Of a DNA stretch of 64,000 bases, positions 27,601 to 40,559 are shown in pieces. Each line of letters starts with the position of its first letter. Position 1 is the first letter of the stretch. The notes under the pieces are model-generated. The model searched no databases, was not told where the DNA came from, and worked only from the letters and a program-made list of their open reading frames with translations. The DNA lies in assembly GCA_023213395.1 (NCBI GenBank), contig CM041465.1:152465741-152529740 (forward strand). Reading direction: 5' to 3'. The position numbers and the translations under genes are program-made. The DNA comes from Cycas panzhihuaensis. Taxonomy: Eukaryota > Plantae > Cycadophyta.

Positions 27601-28664
27601 TAAGTGTGTGTATATAACTTTTTGACGATTTTTTAATAGCCAACATAACTCGACTATGTTACTTGACTTAAAGGCACTTAGATATAATGCTTGATTTGAA
27701 AGGACAAATGATGATGCATGGATGGACTACTTTCTTAAAATATACAAGAGCTAATGTAGTGTATGTTTAGGAAGTCTAATATGATGAAGCATACATGATG
27801 TAGATGGTGTAGTAGATGTCATCCAAGAACATGGGAGGACAGAGTGTAGATGGCATAGATGGTGGGGTTTATGGAAGTTAAGAGATTACAGATGGTCGAA
27901 TGTATATAGGATGCAAGACGTAATCTAGGACATACGTAGTGAAAAGAACAGAGAATAACAGAAGGTCAAACAGGATGCGAATAATATATGCGACAGGACA
28001 AACTAGACTAACAATAATGAGAATGCTATAGCGACGAGAATGACACTGCAATGAGAATATAGTGACAAGAATACCACACCACAACAACGAGAATATCGCG
28101 AATAAACAATGACGAGAATATCACCAACAACGTAGCAATGAGAATTCAATAGTGATGAGAATTTAGACAAGATGAGAAATTAACAATGAACGAGAATATA
28201 TCAATGTGTACTATATTTAAATATGCAATATCAATGTCTAAGGGTTCCATCTATTATGGCGACGAGATAGGCATGGTACAACAATAGCAGATGAGTTATA
28301 GAGAAAGGCAATAGAAACACTACTGACACCTGAGCCAAGCGAAGTATGGTAACACTATTTGGAAAGTTAATGAAATGGACAAATATGATTAGGTTGGGGG
28401 AACGTCATCTCTGATACCACTTGTTATAGACATTTTCCATAACTTAAGGAGAAGACCAAATATTGAACACACCAGAGAACTTTGAAAGAGATTTATAATC
28501 AAAAGACCATATAATTGATTGATAAAATTAAGTGATGTATAAGAATACAATGAAAGCCATATTTATATGAGTATAATGACCTCTTCACATAAAATTCACA
28601 ACCCTTCCTTATGCACCTTTTCATTTAATGAATACTTAGATAGTTTTTAAGGAGGTCTATAATA
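24640..28664 (-). mobile_element. Non-autonomous Ty3/gypsy element G (gag + protease only, TR-GAG-like) plus a remnant of a tandem second copy
   Basis: 243-bp LTRs 24839-25081 and 28422-28664 with TGTTAYAGAC...GGTCTATAAYA termini. PBS at 28409-28418, PPT ~25083-25096. gag (QQMENYF...LHMDGIACKWW; RRRNLCFRC) and protease (VTVLIDSSS) on -. 24640-24838 repeats 28225-28421, including the PBS. Confidence 0.9.
28025..28205. repeat. Degenerate GACGAGAAT-type minisatellite in leader of G
   Basis: Recurrent (C/T)GAGAAT words at ~13-30 bp spacing. Confidence 0.6.
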
Positions 28665-30539
28665 ATTTTGTAGGGTCATTAGGTATGCTAATCCACTAAG
28701 GGCAGGCCAACATGACCTGGCACCATTGATTAGACCTCCAACAATGATCATCTGCCTATGCACAACCTACATGCTCTCATACCATATTAAAAAATGTAAC
28801 TGAAGCAAATAAGGTCAATAGGATCTTTCACATCAGGTAGATATTAAGCAGGAATAGATCACATGAGATACCAGATTACTGTGGGAAACCCTTATAGGTG
28901 AAAACCCACAAAGAATAATAATTCACATTATGATAAAATGGTATATTACAAAGTTAGACTTTGATCTATATTTATAGATCTAAAGTGCCAAATATAATTA
29001 CAATTTACATCCATTAGCTCACTACACTCGAGAATATTCTTCACATAATTAGGCATATAAATAGGGTGGCCCACTTTACATTAGTCACTATGGATACATA
29101 TTCTAACAAAGTTATGTTTTCTTTCTTAATTATATATTAATCACTTAGATAAGTAAGAAAATACAATCACACGCTCTTTCTACAATTGAGGCTGAATATC
29201 ATACCTCAACTAAAGTTAGTAAAGAAGCTTTACGAATAAAATATATCCTTAATAAAATTAGATTTCTTCTTCATAATTATGTATTAATTAGTATTGACAA
29301 TTAGGGTGTTATTTCTATTGCTACTAATCCTATTTATTATTGCAGGACTAAACATATTAAACTTCATTAATATTTGGTTTGTAACTTAGTTAATTATGGT
29401 AATCTTTAGCTCTTGTATTATTTTATAAATATATAAGTTATAGATATCATGCCCAAATATCTTATTGAAGTCAAGTTTACGAAGTTATGACAACTCCTAA
29501 AAGTTGAAGAAGCCTCCATTAAAGGGGGATCTACATAATACCATCTTCTTTAGCTCTTGCATTCCCTAATTCAATATTAAAGGGGAATGTTATAATATTA
29601 AAATATTGATATACTATGTAATATTGTCTTATTAAATTCAATTAAATAATCTTTAATATAAAGTTATTTATTAAATTATAAAATTTTATTTTAATATATT
29701 AGTATAAGATAATTAGTAAATCTATTTATTTTCTATTATTTAAATAATGGATATATATTACGTATCTATTTCCTTACACAGGGTGGATGACATTATGCAC
29801 TTTGATGTATTTTTATTATTATTAATATTACCTAACTTGAAAGTTTTTTTTTTTTTAAGCCTGTTGGGTTTTTTGCCTTAAATCTACTTTATTTCTTTGT
29901 GTGATTACTATGACCCTATTTTATCTATTTATTTATCTACTTTTCATGCATCTATAATGATTCTAATAGTTATAATAGTTTCAATAATAAAAATTCCAAA
30001 ATTTCAATCATAAACATTCCAAAAATTTCTCTACTAAGTAGATCCAATTTAGGATAACTTCAATTCTATAGTTTTCTATGATTTTTTTCACCTCCATCAC
30101 CAACTTAGGTGGATAATTATTTTACTTTTAACTATACTTCTTTTCTATGGAACTTATGAATAGCAATTGCATTCAAGTAAATATATTTTAAATACCTTTT
30201 CAACATGATCATCGTAGGTATATAAACAATAGGCATAATAGTGTGAATTTAGAACATCTTAATTTTCTTTATGGATTAGTATATTTGGATTTTATGATAC
30301 TTGTTGGTGAACCTACTCAATATATAGATAAAGGTGGTCAAAGAGAAAAATATGAATGACTTTATGTGAACCTACATAGGAGAGAAAAACACTAAAATGT
30401 GACTTTGACATCATTGTTTTCTTAAACCCACTAACTCTTTTTATCTCATATAATTTTTATTATACTCACATTTTATTCTTTCTTTACTTGAAATCATATT
30501 CTTATAGAGCAACTATTGTGATTTTTAAGAATGTGAATT

Positions 30540-31130
30540 TAGTCTTATGAATTAGGTCATCATTCATTTCATTCAGGTATTATCAAAGGATTCAAGTGAG
30601 TCAAAATCAAATTAAAGGCATCTCATTATCATCTCAATCAAGAGGCTTATATTTAGGATTGTGATGCCCCAAGAAACCCAAGGAACATCACTTACTTATC
30701 TAAAATTATATAAATAGTGTGTACTTATCCTTCACACATGCTCTTATATCTTATTAGAAGATAATTTGCATCTTCCATGGAATATTAATATAGTTTTCAT
30801 ATGGATAACATGCATCAAGGCTCTTATGTTTCTCATAAACACTCCTCATTAATATAATAGGGTATTAATATGTAGTATAATATAATATATTATAGTTCAT
30901 ATTGCTTTGAATCATTTTAATTAAATTATAGGTTCTATGTTGGCAAGGAAAATGTGTTAAGCCATCAATTCCAGTTACTATATAAGGTTATTAATATTAA
31001 TCCCAAGTAATTATTCCATTTTATTATTTTCATGTCATTGCTCTATTCCTTCTTAAATTTGCTAAAGAAATGATTATAAGTGTGCATGTAGAATAGTGGA
31101 CGCTATATTCTTGGGAACATAATGACCATT
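30540..31130 (+). mobile_element. Very ancient Ty3/gypsy RT/RH remnant
   Basis: Traces of SGYYQI-V...VMP (~30570-30670) and KEM..VH...W..Y.LG (~31065-31117), heavily frameshifted. Confidence 0.4.
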
Positions 31131-33066
31131 TGCAAGTTTCTTAAGAGTAGCCAACTTTGCTTATTATGGAGAAATTATATATCTTGGAGGGTTATTAAGC
31201 TTAGGTATTAGTGTTTAATGTGGATAAAATTTCCAACTTTCTCTTTAATTTCTTAAGTATAATATATATGTTTGAGGTGACACTAAGCTATCTAAGTTAC
31301 TTGAAACATCCACCTATTACTACTCTAAATGGTTTTTTAAGCCTTAACACAAAGCATTTAAATTTTAGTAATTTTACTATAGAAAACCATAATGTCTCTT
31401 TCATACACTGATGAATTCTATTTTAACCAACTTAAACCACATTTTGTAACATCCTGTTATTACATCTTATATATTTCTTTATTCATTGTATTATATATCT
31501 CATTGTATATTTGATCCTCCTAAGTTTCATTAATGATATTATCTTGATTATCCTTTTATTATAAAATGAGAGCCTAATGAAATACTTGATTATGTGTAAG
31601 GTGTGCACCTTGGTACATTTTATATTTTATAGTATCACATTATGTGACGCCATTAATGAGTGACATATGTCTATGATTATGTATATACAAATGTCTTAAG
31701 GGTTAGATACGAAATTTCTTTATTATTAATGTAATAGACTAAGTCTATTAGTAATAAAAAAGTGTGGTTGAATTACTCAAAATAAAATAATAAGGGTTAC
31801 ATAATAATAGTGAAGGAGGAATTTCTAAAGGGTGGATTTGAAGTGTTGACCCTTAGTGTCTAATTCCTTCTTTATGAGCCCATAGGGCCATTAAAGGGGA
31901 TTAGTAGAGTAATACACGAGCTTACACTTACACATAATACTAATCCTTTTTCAAGCATTATCAAGAAGGTGGATTAGTCCTAATTATCTTCTTACAACCT
32001 TAATATAAAGAAGTTACAGATAAAACAAAGTGGCTAATATAAGAGGTAGTTGACTTATAAAAGAAAAAGGGTGGAAAGTGATTTATACTTTATACACATT
32101 TTAGAATAGCACCTTAAATTTAGGGGGCTGTCTTCCTAGTGTGATATTGGTGTTCTTAACTATATTGGATGTAATACCTAATTATATAATTACCCTCATG
32201 TACACTCTCTCTATATTATATATATTTTATATTTAAGGTTGTAAGCCACATAGAGATGTGTGCCACCTCTAGATTAACCAATGAGTTCTCTCATTGATGG
32301 TGAGCTTGTATTATAAGTATGTACATTATCATTTATTCTAATTTAAGCTTTGGCCATTTCTCTATATCTTGTGTTCATTTGTACATACTTCATCTTGTTT
32401 GAGTTTTAATATTATATCTTTAACTCCCCATCACATCCTTTGTGTGTATTGCATATTTAAATTCTAATATAGTATCATAGCACAAGGTTGAATCCTTAAA
32501 GGCATTATTGTTGAGCCTTATACATGTTATCGTGTTTTTATCTTTTAGAAACCTTGTTAATTTTTTTATTATACCTAATTTGTGAGGTGATCATTATTCA
32601 CTTAAAGAATCATTTTAAGTTATTTGAAGCTAGTTTGTGCACATTTTTTATGCGATTACTATTAATATTTTTATGGGTTATTATGATATTGTTATAAGGA
32701 TGTTTTAAAGCCTGTGTTAGAGTATTTTTTAAAGCTCTGTGAAGTTTGTTTTAAGCTGCTTATAATGGATAATTTGTATGCATGTGGCACTAAAATAATA
32801 TTGCATGCAGGTTCTTCATGGTGAAATCTATATAAATATTTCTTCCTTGTGCAGATTCCAATTACTATGTAACTATCTCCTTTATATATTAATGGACATA
32901 TTATAACAGGAATTATTGACAGTAATTAAGAGAGTCCTTTCTTGCTATTTGGAGGCTAGAAGTGACTTCATATTAAAAAAGGATTTGTAGATTTACAGGT
33001 AAATAATAAAGGTCAAAACATATATATGCTCAAGTATGTAACCTCTTTGTGTCATTATTATATTTA

Positions 33067-33093
33067 ATATATATATATGCATACATACATACA

Positions 33094-33188
<95 letters not shown>
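33067..33188. repeat. Compound microsatellite (AT)n(CATA)n(AT)n
   Basis: Directly visible. Confidence 0.98.
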
Positions 33189-33191
<3 letters not shown>

Positions 33192-34812
33192 CTTCAGTAT
33201 TTGGCCTATATTTTTATGTGAAAAAGAAAAGGGGAGTAGGTTGCCTATAAATCATGGGTTAAGTATGTCTTCCATCTACCTTGTTGGGGAATGCATCACT
33301 TTTGCTAATTCATCTTGGCCTTTATCCCATGAGAGTTCAATGGATTTTAAAAATGGAACAATGCTAGAAGTACTAAACAAACAAGGAGAATACTACGAAG
33401 GTTAGTTCTAAGCCACCATTGTAAAAAAATTAGGGTTTGAAAACCCTCACAATCTCTTAATCTCTATCTTCTTACTGGTACGATATAAATTTCTTGAATA
33501 GAAGACTATTCTTGGGTTTAATTTGGGATTAGTTGATCACAAACAAAGGCTATTTACAATGGAGATTAGCGCAAAGACCTTCAAAAATATTAGAAAGATA
33601 GTTTACTTGAACATTTCTTTTTGCACAACCCTAATATTCAACAAGAAGTGGAAGAAGAAGAACAAGAGGCCTAATGTAGTGGAGCCAACAATCTTGAGGA
33701 GAATGCAGGAGAATATGTTGGGAGAAGCATTAGAAGAGGCATCTGAGGATGAATCTCTTCATAAATCATAGATCCTTATAGTAGAGGATGTCTCAGCTTT
33801 GCATCGTTCCAAGTCTCTAGCCCATCTTAATGCATAGAGAGACTTCTTAAACGCCACCGCATATGATGCAATATAATCTTCAATGAGGAGGATGCCATTC
33901 TAAAGTTGGAAGAGGCCTATGCTAGATTTAAATCCATGTATCCCAAGTTTGAGAGCATAAAGAGCATGAATGAGCAGAATGAATCCATGGTAGTTGTAAA
34001 ATATTTAATGGAGAAATGAATAATGGCAACCCTAAATCATAATAGTGAAACTTAAAAAATTAAGATTAATTTTATTTTTATCATTATTTTTTTTTACACA
34101 TATTATTATTAACTTTGGCAAATGTAAATTTTTACAAAATGCACTTAATATTTTTTTTTTTGTTGAAAAAATAAAATTTAATCAAATTTAATGTTATTTT
34201 AGGCCGGCCCAACCTACTTGGTCATCAACTCCTAGTCGCATGGAGTATTTATGTGACCTCAGCTAGCAGTGAAAGGGGCTAAGCCCTTATTTTTTAGCCC
34301 TTATGTAGTCTTTATCATATTTTTTGCTATAACTTGAGTTAAGTAGCTTCATTTTTAGTCTTGCAAGTTCCATTAGATTTGTAACAGAGAGATCTTTTAT
34401 TTGGCATATTACTTGATATTGTTTGGAGTTACTTTGATGTATAAATTTTATCTTAAATTTAAAATTTTCTTTTAAGCTTTTATTTTTCTTCATTTTTTTT
34501 AGCTTCTTTAGGCACATACACATATTTTTAAAGGCTTCATAATATTTGTTGATATGATATACCCTAAATGGGGGTAATAACATGTACTAAGGTCTTATTT
34601 TTTTGCTATTGAGAACCCATGTTACATTGAGCTTCATTATATGAGAGAGAGTCATTCATGTTATACTTGAGTTACATTTATTTTTCAAGCTATTTATTAA
34701 CATTATTACTAGTTTTTTAGCCCATAAAGGCATGATGTAAGCCCATGGTGGTATGATATAAGCCCAAAGAGGTATGTTTTTAGCCCATGAAGCAATTTAA
34801 AGCAATAGAGCC

Positions 34813-35290
34813 ATTTGAAGACTACTTGCATTTCCCATATAAGCAAGAGGTGGGACCCCTTTACAGCTACTCTTACTAGTATTGATAAAACTATATACTC
34901 AAAGGAACATCCTACTCAATTGGTAGTTGCAGTGACTAGTGACCCATGTATTCTAGTGGATGGTATTCTACTAATATGGACATCAATAGCGAATTATATT
35001 ATTATAGCAGATTATGATTCAACTTATTTGAAGACTTGGCACTTTCCATTTGAAGATTGCTTCCATTTCTTATATAAGCAAAAGGTAGGACACTTTTACA
35101 ACTACTCTTTCTAGCATTGATTGAACCATATATGTAAAGGAAGTTTCTACTCAACTGGTAGTTATAGTGGCTAGTTACCAATGCATTCTAGTAGATGGAC
35201 TTCACTTCATATGAACATTAGTAGTTGATTATATTATTGTAGTAGCATATAATCTAGCATTCATTTGAAGACTTGACATTTATCATTTGA
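34813..35290. repeat. Two diverged tandem copies of ~235 bp upstream of the PPT of H
   Basis: ATTTGAAGA..CATTT..ATATAAGCAA.AGGT.GGA starts at ~34813 and ~35048, followed by colinear similarity. Confidence 0.8.
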
Positions 35291-36563
35291 TGTAATATTT
35301 CATTATGTAATTGACTATTATAGGGGGAAAATGTTAAGTGTAATACCTAATTACATAATTATCCTCATGTACACTCTCTCTATATTATGCGTATTTTATA
35401 TTTGAGGTTGTGAGCTACATAGAGATGTGTGCTACCTCTAAATTGACCAATTATATTCAATAATTAATGGCGAGCTTGTACTATAAGTATACACATTATC
35501 ATTCATTCTAATTTGAGTTTTGGTAATTTCTCCATATCTTATATTTATTTGTACATACTTCATTATGTTTGAGCTTCATTGTTTTATCTTTAACTCACTA
35601 TCACATCTTTTGTATGCATTGTATATTCAATTTTTAATAGACTAAGATTATATTTATATGTTTATATGAACTCTATAATAGATAAAGTAGAGGGATTTTC
35701 TTTACAATGTTGCCATAGTATTGTTTTACATTATAATTATATGAGTTGGACATAGTAAGATACATAAGGAATTTAATATAAGTATCTTATAACCATAATA
35801 ATATTTAATTCATAATGTATTTTTCTTGGTTAGATTCTAATACCTTACCATAGTAGGATTCCATGAGTTTTTCTTAGTATAAACAGATGAGTAAATATGG
35901 TTTTGTAGTGATGGTGGCTAAATCATAAGGTCATCGAGTTTATGAGTAATTCATATGATGCTTGAAAAGTTATTTACTTGTATATTGATAGCCTTATGGT
36001 GAGAGTCTAAAGCCTAATAATTAGTACTCCTACATTCATATAACATGCCTCAACACATAGACAAATTCTCAAGGAAGTTTATAATTGACTAGGTGCAAAT
36101 CCCTTCTTAATAGTATAATTTTTCTTATTCAAGATAAGATCTTTTATTTAAATTCTATATTAATTCTTATATAACACTATGAAGTAATTATTTATCACAT
36201 GCATTGATGATGATGCTATATTAGATATCTGTGATTGTATTGTAAAAGGTTATCATTTATATATTAGCTACATATAAAATGCATACATATTTATATTTCT
36301 TCTATATTATTAGCACAATATATTGTTAAATAAACCTATGGTTTTGTTGTTTGTTAGATTTAAAGCTCAAGGATGCTATTACAAAGTAGCATTAGAGTGA
36401 AATATTTCCCCCAAGTTATGGACCTCTAAAAAGGGGTTGTTTCAAAGTAATATTACAACCAATTTTTAATTTGACTAATCATGCAACTAAGTATAGGTTA
36501 AGAGCTTAGCATAATTAAAATAACACATCTATCATTTTAGAATTCCATTATTTAAGAGGAGGG

Positions 36564-39200
36564 AGTTAAATTGAAGAATTCTAAGTCCAAAATATTAGGT
36601 AACAATATCTAATTACCTAAATTATAATATCAAATGCCCTTCACTCTCTCTTCATATTATTATGAATCTTATACTTTAAACACATAGTTATACGTACTAT
36701 TTAGAATATGTGTAAGCACATAAAGGTTGTTTTTTAAGGTTCAACATTTGATATGAGACTTATTATAAATATACATATGATTTTTTGAATAAGATAAAGT
36801 TTGGTCATTCTTCCATATGCCCATTCGATATTCTATGTGCATATTTTATTTATTTGTGAATTATTTATTATATCATTCACTCACCTCTCATGGATGGTTC
36901 ATGTCCTTGTTAGGTCCATTCAATTATTAATTACTTATATGCATGTCTCATTCTAACATTATACTATTATGCCATCCATCTAAAACTCAAATATGGTATT
37001 AGAATAATACTAAATTTCAACATGGTATAAGAGTTAATGGCTTAATCCTAAAGGTAGTTTAGAGCCTAATTTTTTTTTTTTTTACAACTATTTTCTCATG
37101 AATTTAATGTTCTTATGAAACCATATTTTGCACCTACTTTTGTAACTATTAATGAGGTAGTTCTTTGAAATATTAAAAATATTTTAGAGCTAACTCTTTT
37201 GAGTTTTTATGGAAGCTTTTTGTGTAAATTTAAAGCTAAATTTATAACAAAAAAAGTAGGTTTTATGACCTATTTTTCTTATATAAGAAGGCCTAAAATT
37301 ATGTGGCATAAAAATTATTTATTGAGGGTTATAAATATGTTTTTTTTTAAGTTTTTTTAGAAGAGAAGGGAAGAGGTTAAAAAGATGAAAATATAATCCT
37401 AATTATCCTATAAACAGAATACATTATCTCACCAAAAAATTAAAAAAATATGGTTATTTTACAACTCATTTTAGAGGCTGTTATGAGAATCCTATGACTT
37501 GGATTTGCTATTAGAATGATGCCCTAGAAAAGGAGGCCATTCAAAAATTGTGTGATTATTTTCTTAGATGTAGTTATATAAGATGTTATGTTAGATGTTT
37601 TTTTTAAGGTTGTTATATGCTGCGATGGGCTATAGAGTGAAATATACAAGGTTTTAGAATATAAAAAGACCCTACCTCAACCTCGGGTATAAATTACTTT
37701 CTCCCCCTATTCAAACTTGGCATAACCATCGTATACCTCTTATTATTATTTAGTAATAGAAATCTCACAAATAAACTAGATGGTAGGGATTGGTATAAAT
37801 GCCAGTCTTAAGGCAACTCATGACTAACTAATGATTTAGGTCCTATAGTAAAATGTAATCATTGAGTATGACCTAATTGTATGATAAATGAAACTTTAGT
37901 ACCTACCATTGATACCTCTTCTCTTTATCTTCGATAATACATAATGCTTTTTACCCATGCCATGATGTAATATAACAACAAAAATCCCATTAGTTACAAA
38001 AGAAAAAAAGAGTAAAATGTTGAAGAATCCTCATCTTTGTTAGTATGTTTATAATGTATTTGCTCTACTTTAGCTCTAGGCTTATTAGCATACCTAGTGA
38101 AATCCACTACATATATTTGTGGTAGGTATTATGTCCTATTGAATGTGTAGATATTGAAAAGTCTTAACATCTAGTTAAAAGTCATTACGTTATAGTAAGA
38201 AATGTCCTTATAGAAGAAATACCTTATACACAAAACATTTGTTATTCCATCATCCATCAACTTTGTTCTCTAACAATAGAGCACACACCTATGTATAATT
38301 AAAAAAAGTGGAACCTACATGCCCTTAATTGCCAACACCAAAAGAGTGACCATCATCCCATAAAATCCAGATACCTCCATGATGATCGACACTATTATCT
38401 TGTGAAGAAGAATGACAAGAAACCCTGAATAAAAATTATAAATGGTGAATTTAATTTTAGGACTTTTTCTTTTGTTTAGATTGTTATTAATTAAATTATA
38501 TTTGATAAATTTTGGAGTCCACCATCCCTTATAGAATAGCAACACAATCACATGAAACTATATTGTAACTATCAACTTGACATGAAAGGGGTTAAACAAA
38601 TGTTTTTCAACCTCTTAACATTTTCAAGTATATGACTTCATTTTATTCATCATAACTTCTACACATGGAGTTAGATTTCAAGTCTAAAAGAAGTGCTAGA
38701 GAGCTAATTCAGATGCCTACATAATGTCTAGTTATGACACATTAATATTGCTTTTTAGTAAAAAAATTAGTTTGAAGTTGAGCCAAGGTATAAAATTATT
38801 ATTTTATAAGTTTCTTGAATTATTTGAGGCACTTATTGTTATTGATTTCAAATCATTTTATGATGTAAATATACTCTAAATAGGGGATAAAATGGAAATT
38901 TATGTAGTAGCCTATAATGTTAGCCTCTTAAGAAGCTAGTTTCATAGAAAAATGTCAAAAATATCAAAAGAGAGAGACAATTTTTAATGTTTTGAGTCAC
39001 ATTCTTAATTATGTCAATATTAAATTATAAATGCTAGATTGTTCTAAGCCTATAAGGCATTTGTAAGGTCATAAAGCCACTTTTCTTATGTATTTTTTAA
39101 TTATAAAGTTGATGAATGATGTAATTCTAATCATTGCAGCTAATGAAATTGTCATAGTCTCACAAGGGAAGAGGTGGGACATATTCTATTTTATATCTCT
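36564..39200 (+). mobile_element. LTR (~36564-37022) plus PBS and very decayed copia-like internal region, related to H
   Basis: TTCAACA followed by TGGTATAAGAG at 37023; LTR and post-PBS sequence resemble those of H; purine tract upstream. Right boundary uncertain. Confidence 0.5.
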
Positions 39201-39252
39201 CTGTCTCTCTCTCTCTGTATTTATTCTAGCATAGTTGACTTGGCTATAAGAT

Positions 39253-39945
39253 TGATACATATTAATTAACATTGGTTTTATTACTAAAACTCTATGGAGA
39301 GAAGAACCCTAGGCTTAAGAGTAAGGGTAATAATGTATTTGTAGCTGCCAACTACCAAAGAAGAAGAGAGTATAGTAGGTCTAGATTGTAGAGTTCTTAC
39401 CCATGATTAAAGGCCCATAACATGGATAGGCCCAACTGAAACATATCTACTAGGATAATATAGGTGGCATCAAAGAGAGGCTTTGACAAACATAAGGATA
39501 AAATGTAATTTGAATGAAAAGTACACAGTCGTTGCTCATGGAAGGTTTAGAGCATAATAGAATTAGGATGGGCATGAGCAACGAATGAGATATCGATTAT
39601 TATGAAAATATTTAGCATATTAATATTATTAGTTTATGTGCTTGGTCATTGGAATCCTACTTAGTTGTGTTTTATTTACTTGGTCTTGCCCTATCCATGC
39701 TTATGAAGAGTTCACATTGATGAAGTCTACTTTATATATCAACTAGTTAGAATCAATAAAATTGATTGCATAATGGATGCAACTACTTCCTTGTAAAAGA
39801 GAAACAATTGTAAATTGAATTTGGTGAATTAATAAAACTAATATTTTCATCACCCATCATTTGTATTATTTTGTAGGGAGATTTTGTACTTTTGCATCAA
39901 ACCTTGATATACCTATGTAGAAGTCATATCAATTGGTATTGGAGC
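39253..39945 (+). mobile_element. Probable orphan gypsy-type LTR with PBS
   Basis: ...ATATCA at 39931 then TGGTATTGGAGC at 39934-39945; candidate start TGATA at 39253 is uncertain. Confidence 0.4.
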
Positions 39946-40379
39946 TCGTCATCATGCTTAATTCCTCATTATTATTATTTTCTATTGTTCATGATCTTCC
40001 TCAATATAGAATGAGTATTGCATTTCAAACATCTAGTGATTTTCACATTAGCCATAATTTAGTATAATAAAAAGCTATATAAACCAAAAAATAATGCCAA
40101 TTTTACACAATATGCCTTGCTTTGGACACAGATGTGTAAAAATATTATTAAAAGTGAAAAGGGCATTCAAAATGCATTTGATAGTAGAAAATAGTGGGTG
40201 TGACATTGATGATGAGCAGTTGTGCATGTCCAACAATGTGAGAATGCCTGTAAAATCACACAACTTTTATATAACCACATCAACCCCATAAACATCTGCC
40301 ACTCTCCCTAATTCTGACCTTATCAAATCCACTTAGACTGTAGATTCAGAAGTGGGTTGCATTCTGTAACATGTAAAGT

Positions 40380-40451
40380 GCCTTTATAGCTCAGTGGTAG
40401 AGCATCAGTCTTGTAAATTAAAGGTCTATAGTTCGATCCTATATGGAGGTA
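40380..40451 (+). tRNA. tRNA-Thr(TGT), probably a pseudogene
   Basis: GCCTTTA-TA-GCTC AGTGGTA GAGC-A-TCAGT CTTGTAA ATTAA-AGGTC-TATAG TTCGATC CTATA-TGGAGGT-A folds as a cloverleaf with A and B boxes. C:A mismatch in the anticodon stem, extra G:U pairs in the acceptor stem, no adjacent oligo-T terminator. Confidence 0.88.
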
Positions 40452-40559
40452 GAAATAGAGCTCTTGATATCCTTCTTAGGTTTGGTTTGAGGTACACGAC
40501 GAATTCCAAAGAAATATTGGTGGCTTTTATTCATTTTCTTTACTTTTGAGCACTCGCAA

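Larger units (their letters stand above)
21019..29108 (-). mobile_element. Highly degenerate, internally deleted copia-like LTR element F
   Basis: LTRs 21019-21341 and 28785-29108. PBS TGGTATGAGAGC at 28773-28784, PPT ~21342-21352, near-TSD TAGT/AAGT. Faint RNase H end (VNVFTK) at ~21440 and integrase remnants at ~22230-22330. Confidence 0.88.
18447..29968 (+). mobile_element. Decayed Ty1/copia element A (PR-INT-RT 18447-21018; RH 29109-~29520; PPT; 3' LTR ~29588-29968), interrupted by F
   Basis: Degenerate motifs NVYYIPSL, integrase ..ILRKQH, QNGVAKRK, MDVKNMFLN, LYVDDIII, RKSTTSYVF (split by F), NPIY..RTKHI. PPT TAAAGGGGAA before TGTT at 29588; LTR end approximate. Confidence 0.85.
32163..35639 (+). 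mobile_element. Non-autonomous LTR element H (3.5 kb, no recognisable gag/pol)
   Basis: LTRs 32163-32469 and 35332-35639. Degenerate Met PBS TAGTATCATAGC at 32470-32481, PPT TAGGGGGAAAA at 35321-35331, TSD AACTA/GACTA. Confidence 0.9.

Noticed and set aside
33049-33405. 118-aa ORF
   Set aside because: Largely translation of the (CATA)n(AT)n microsatellite.
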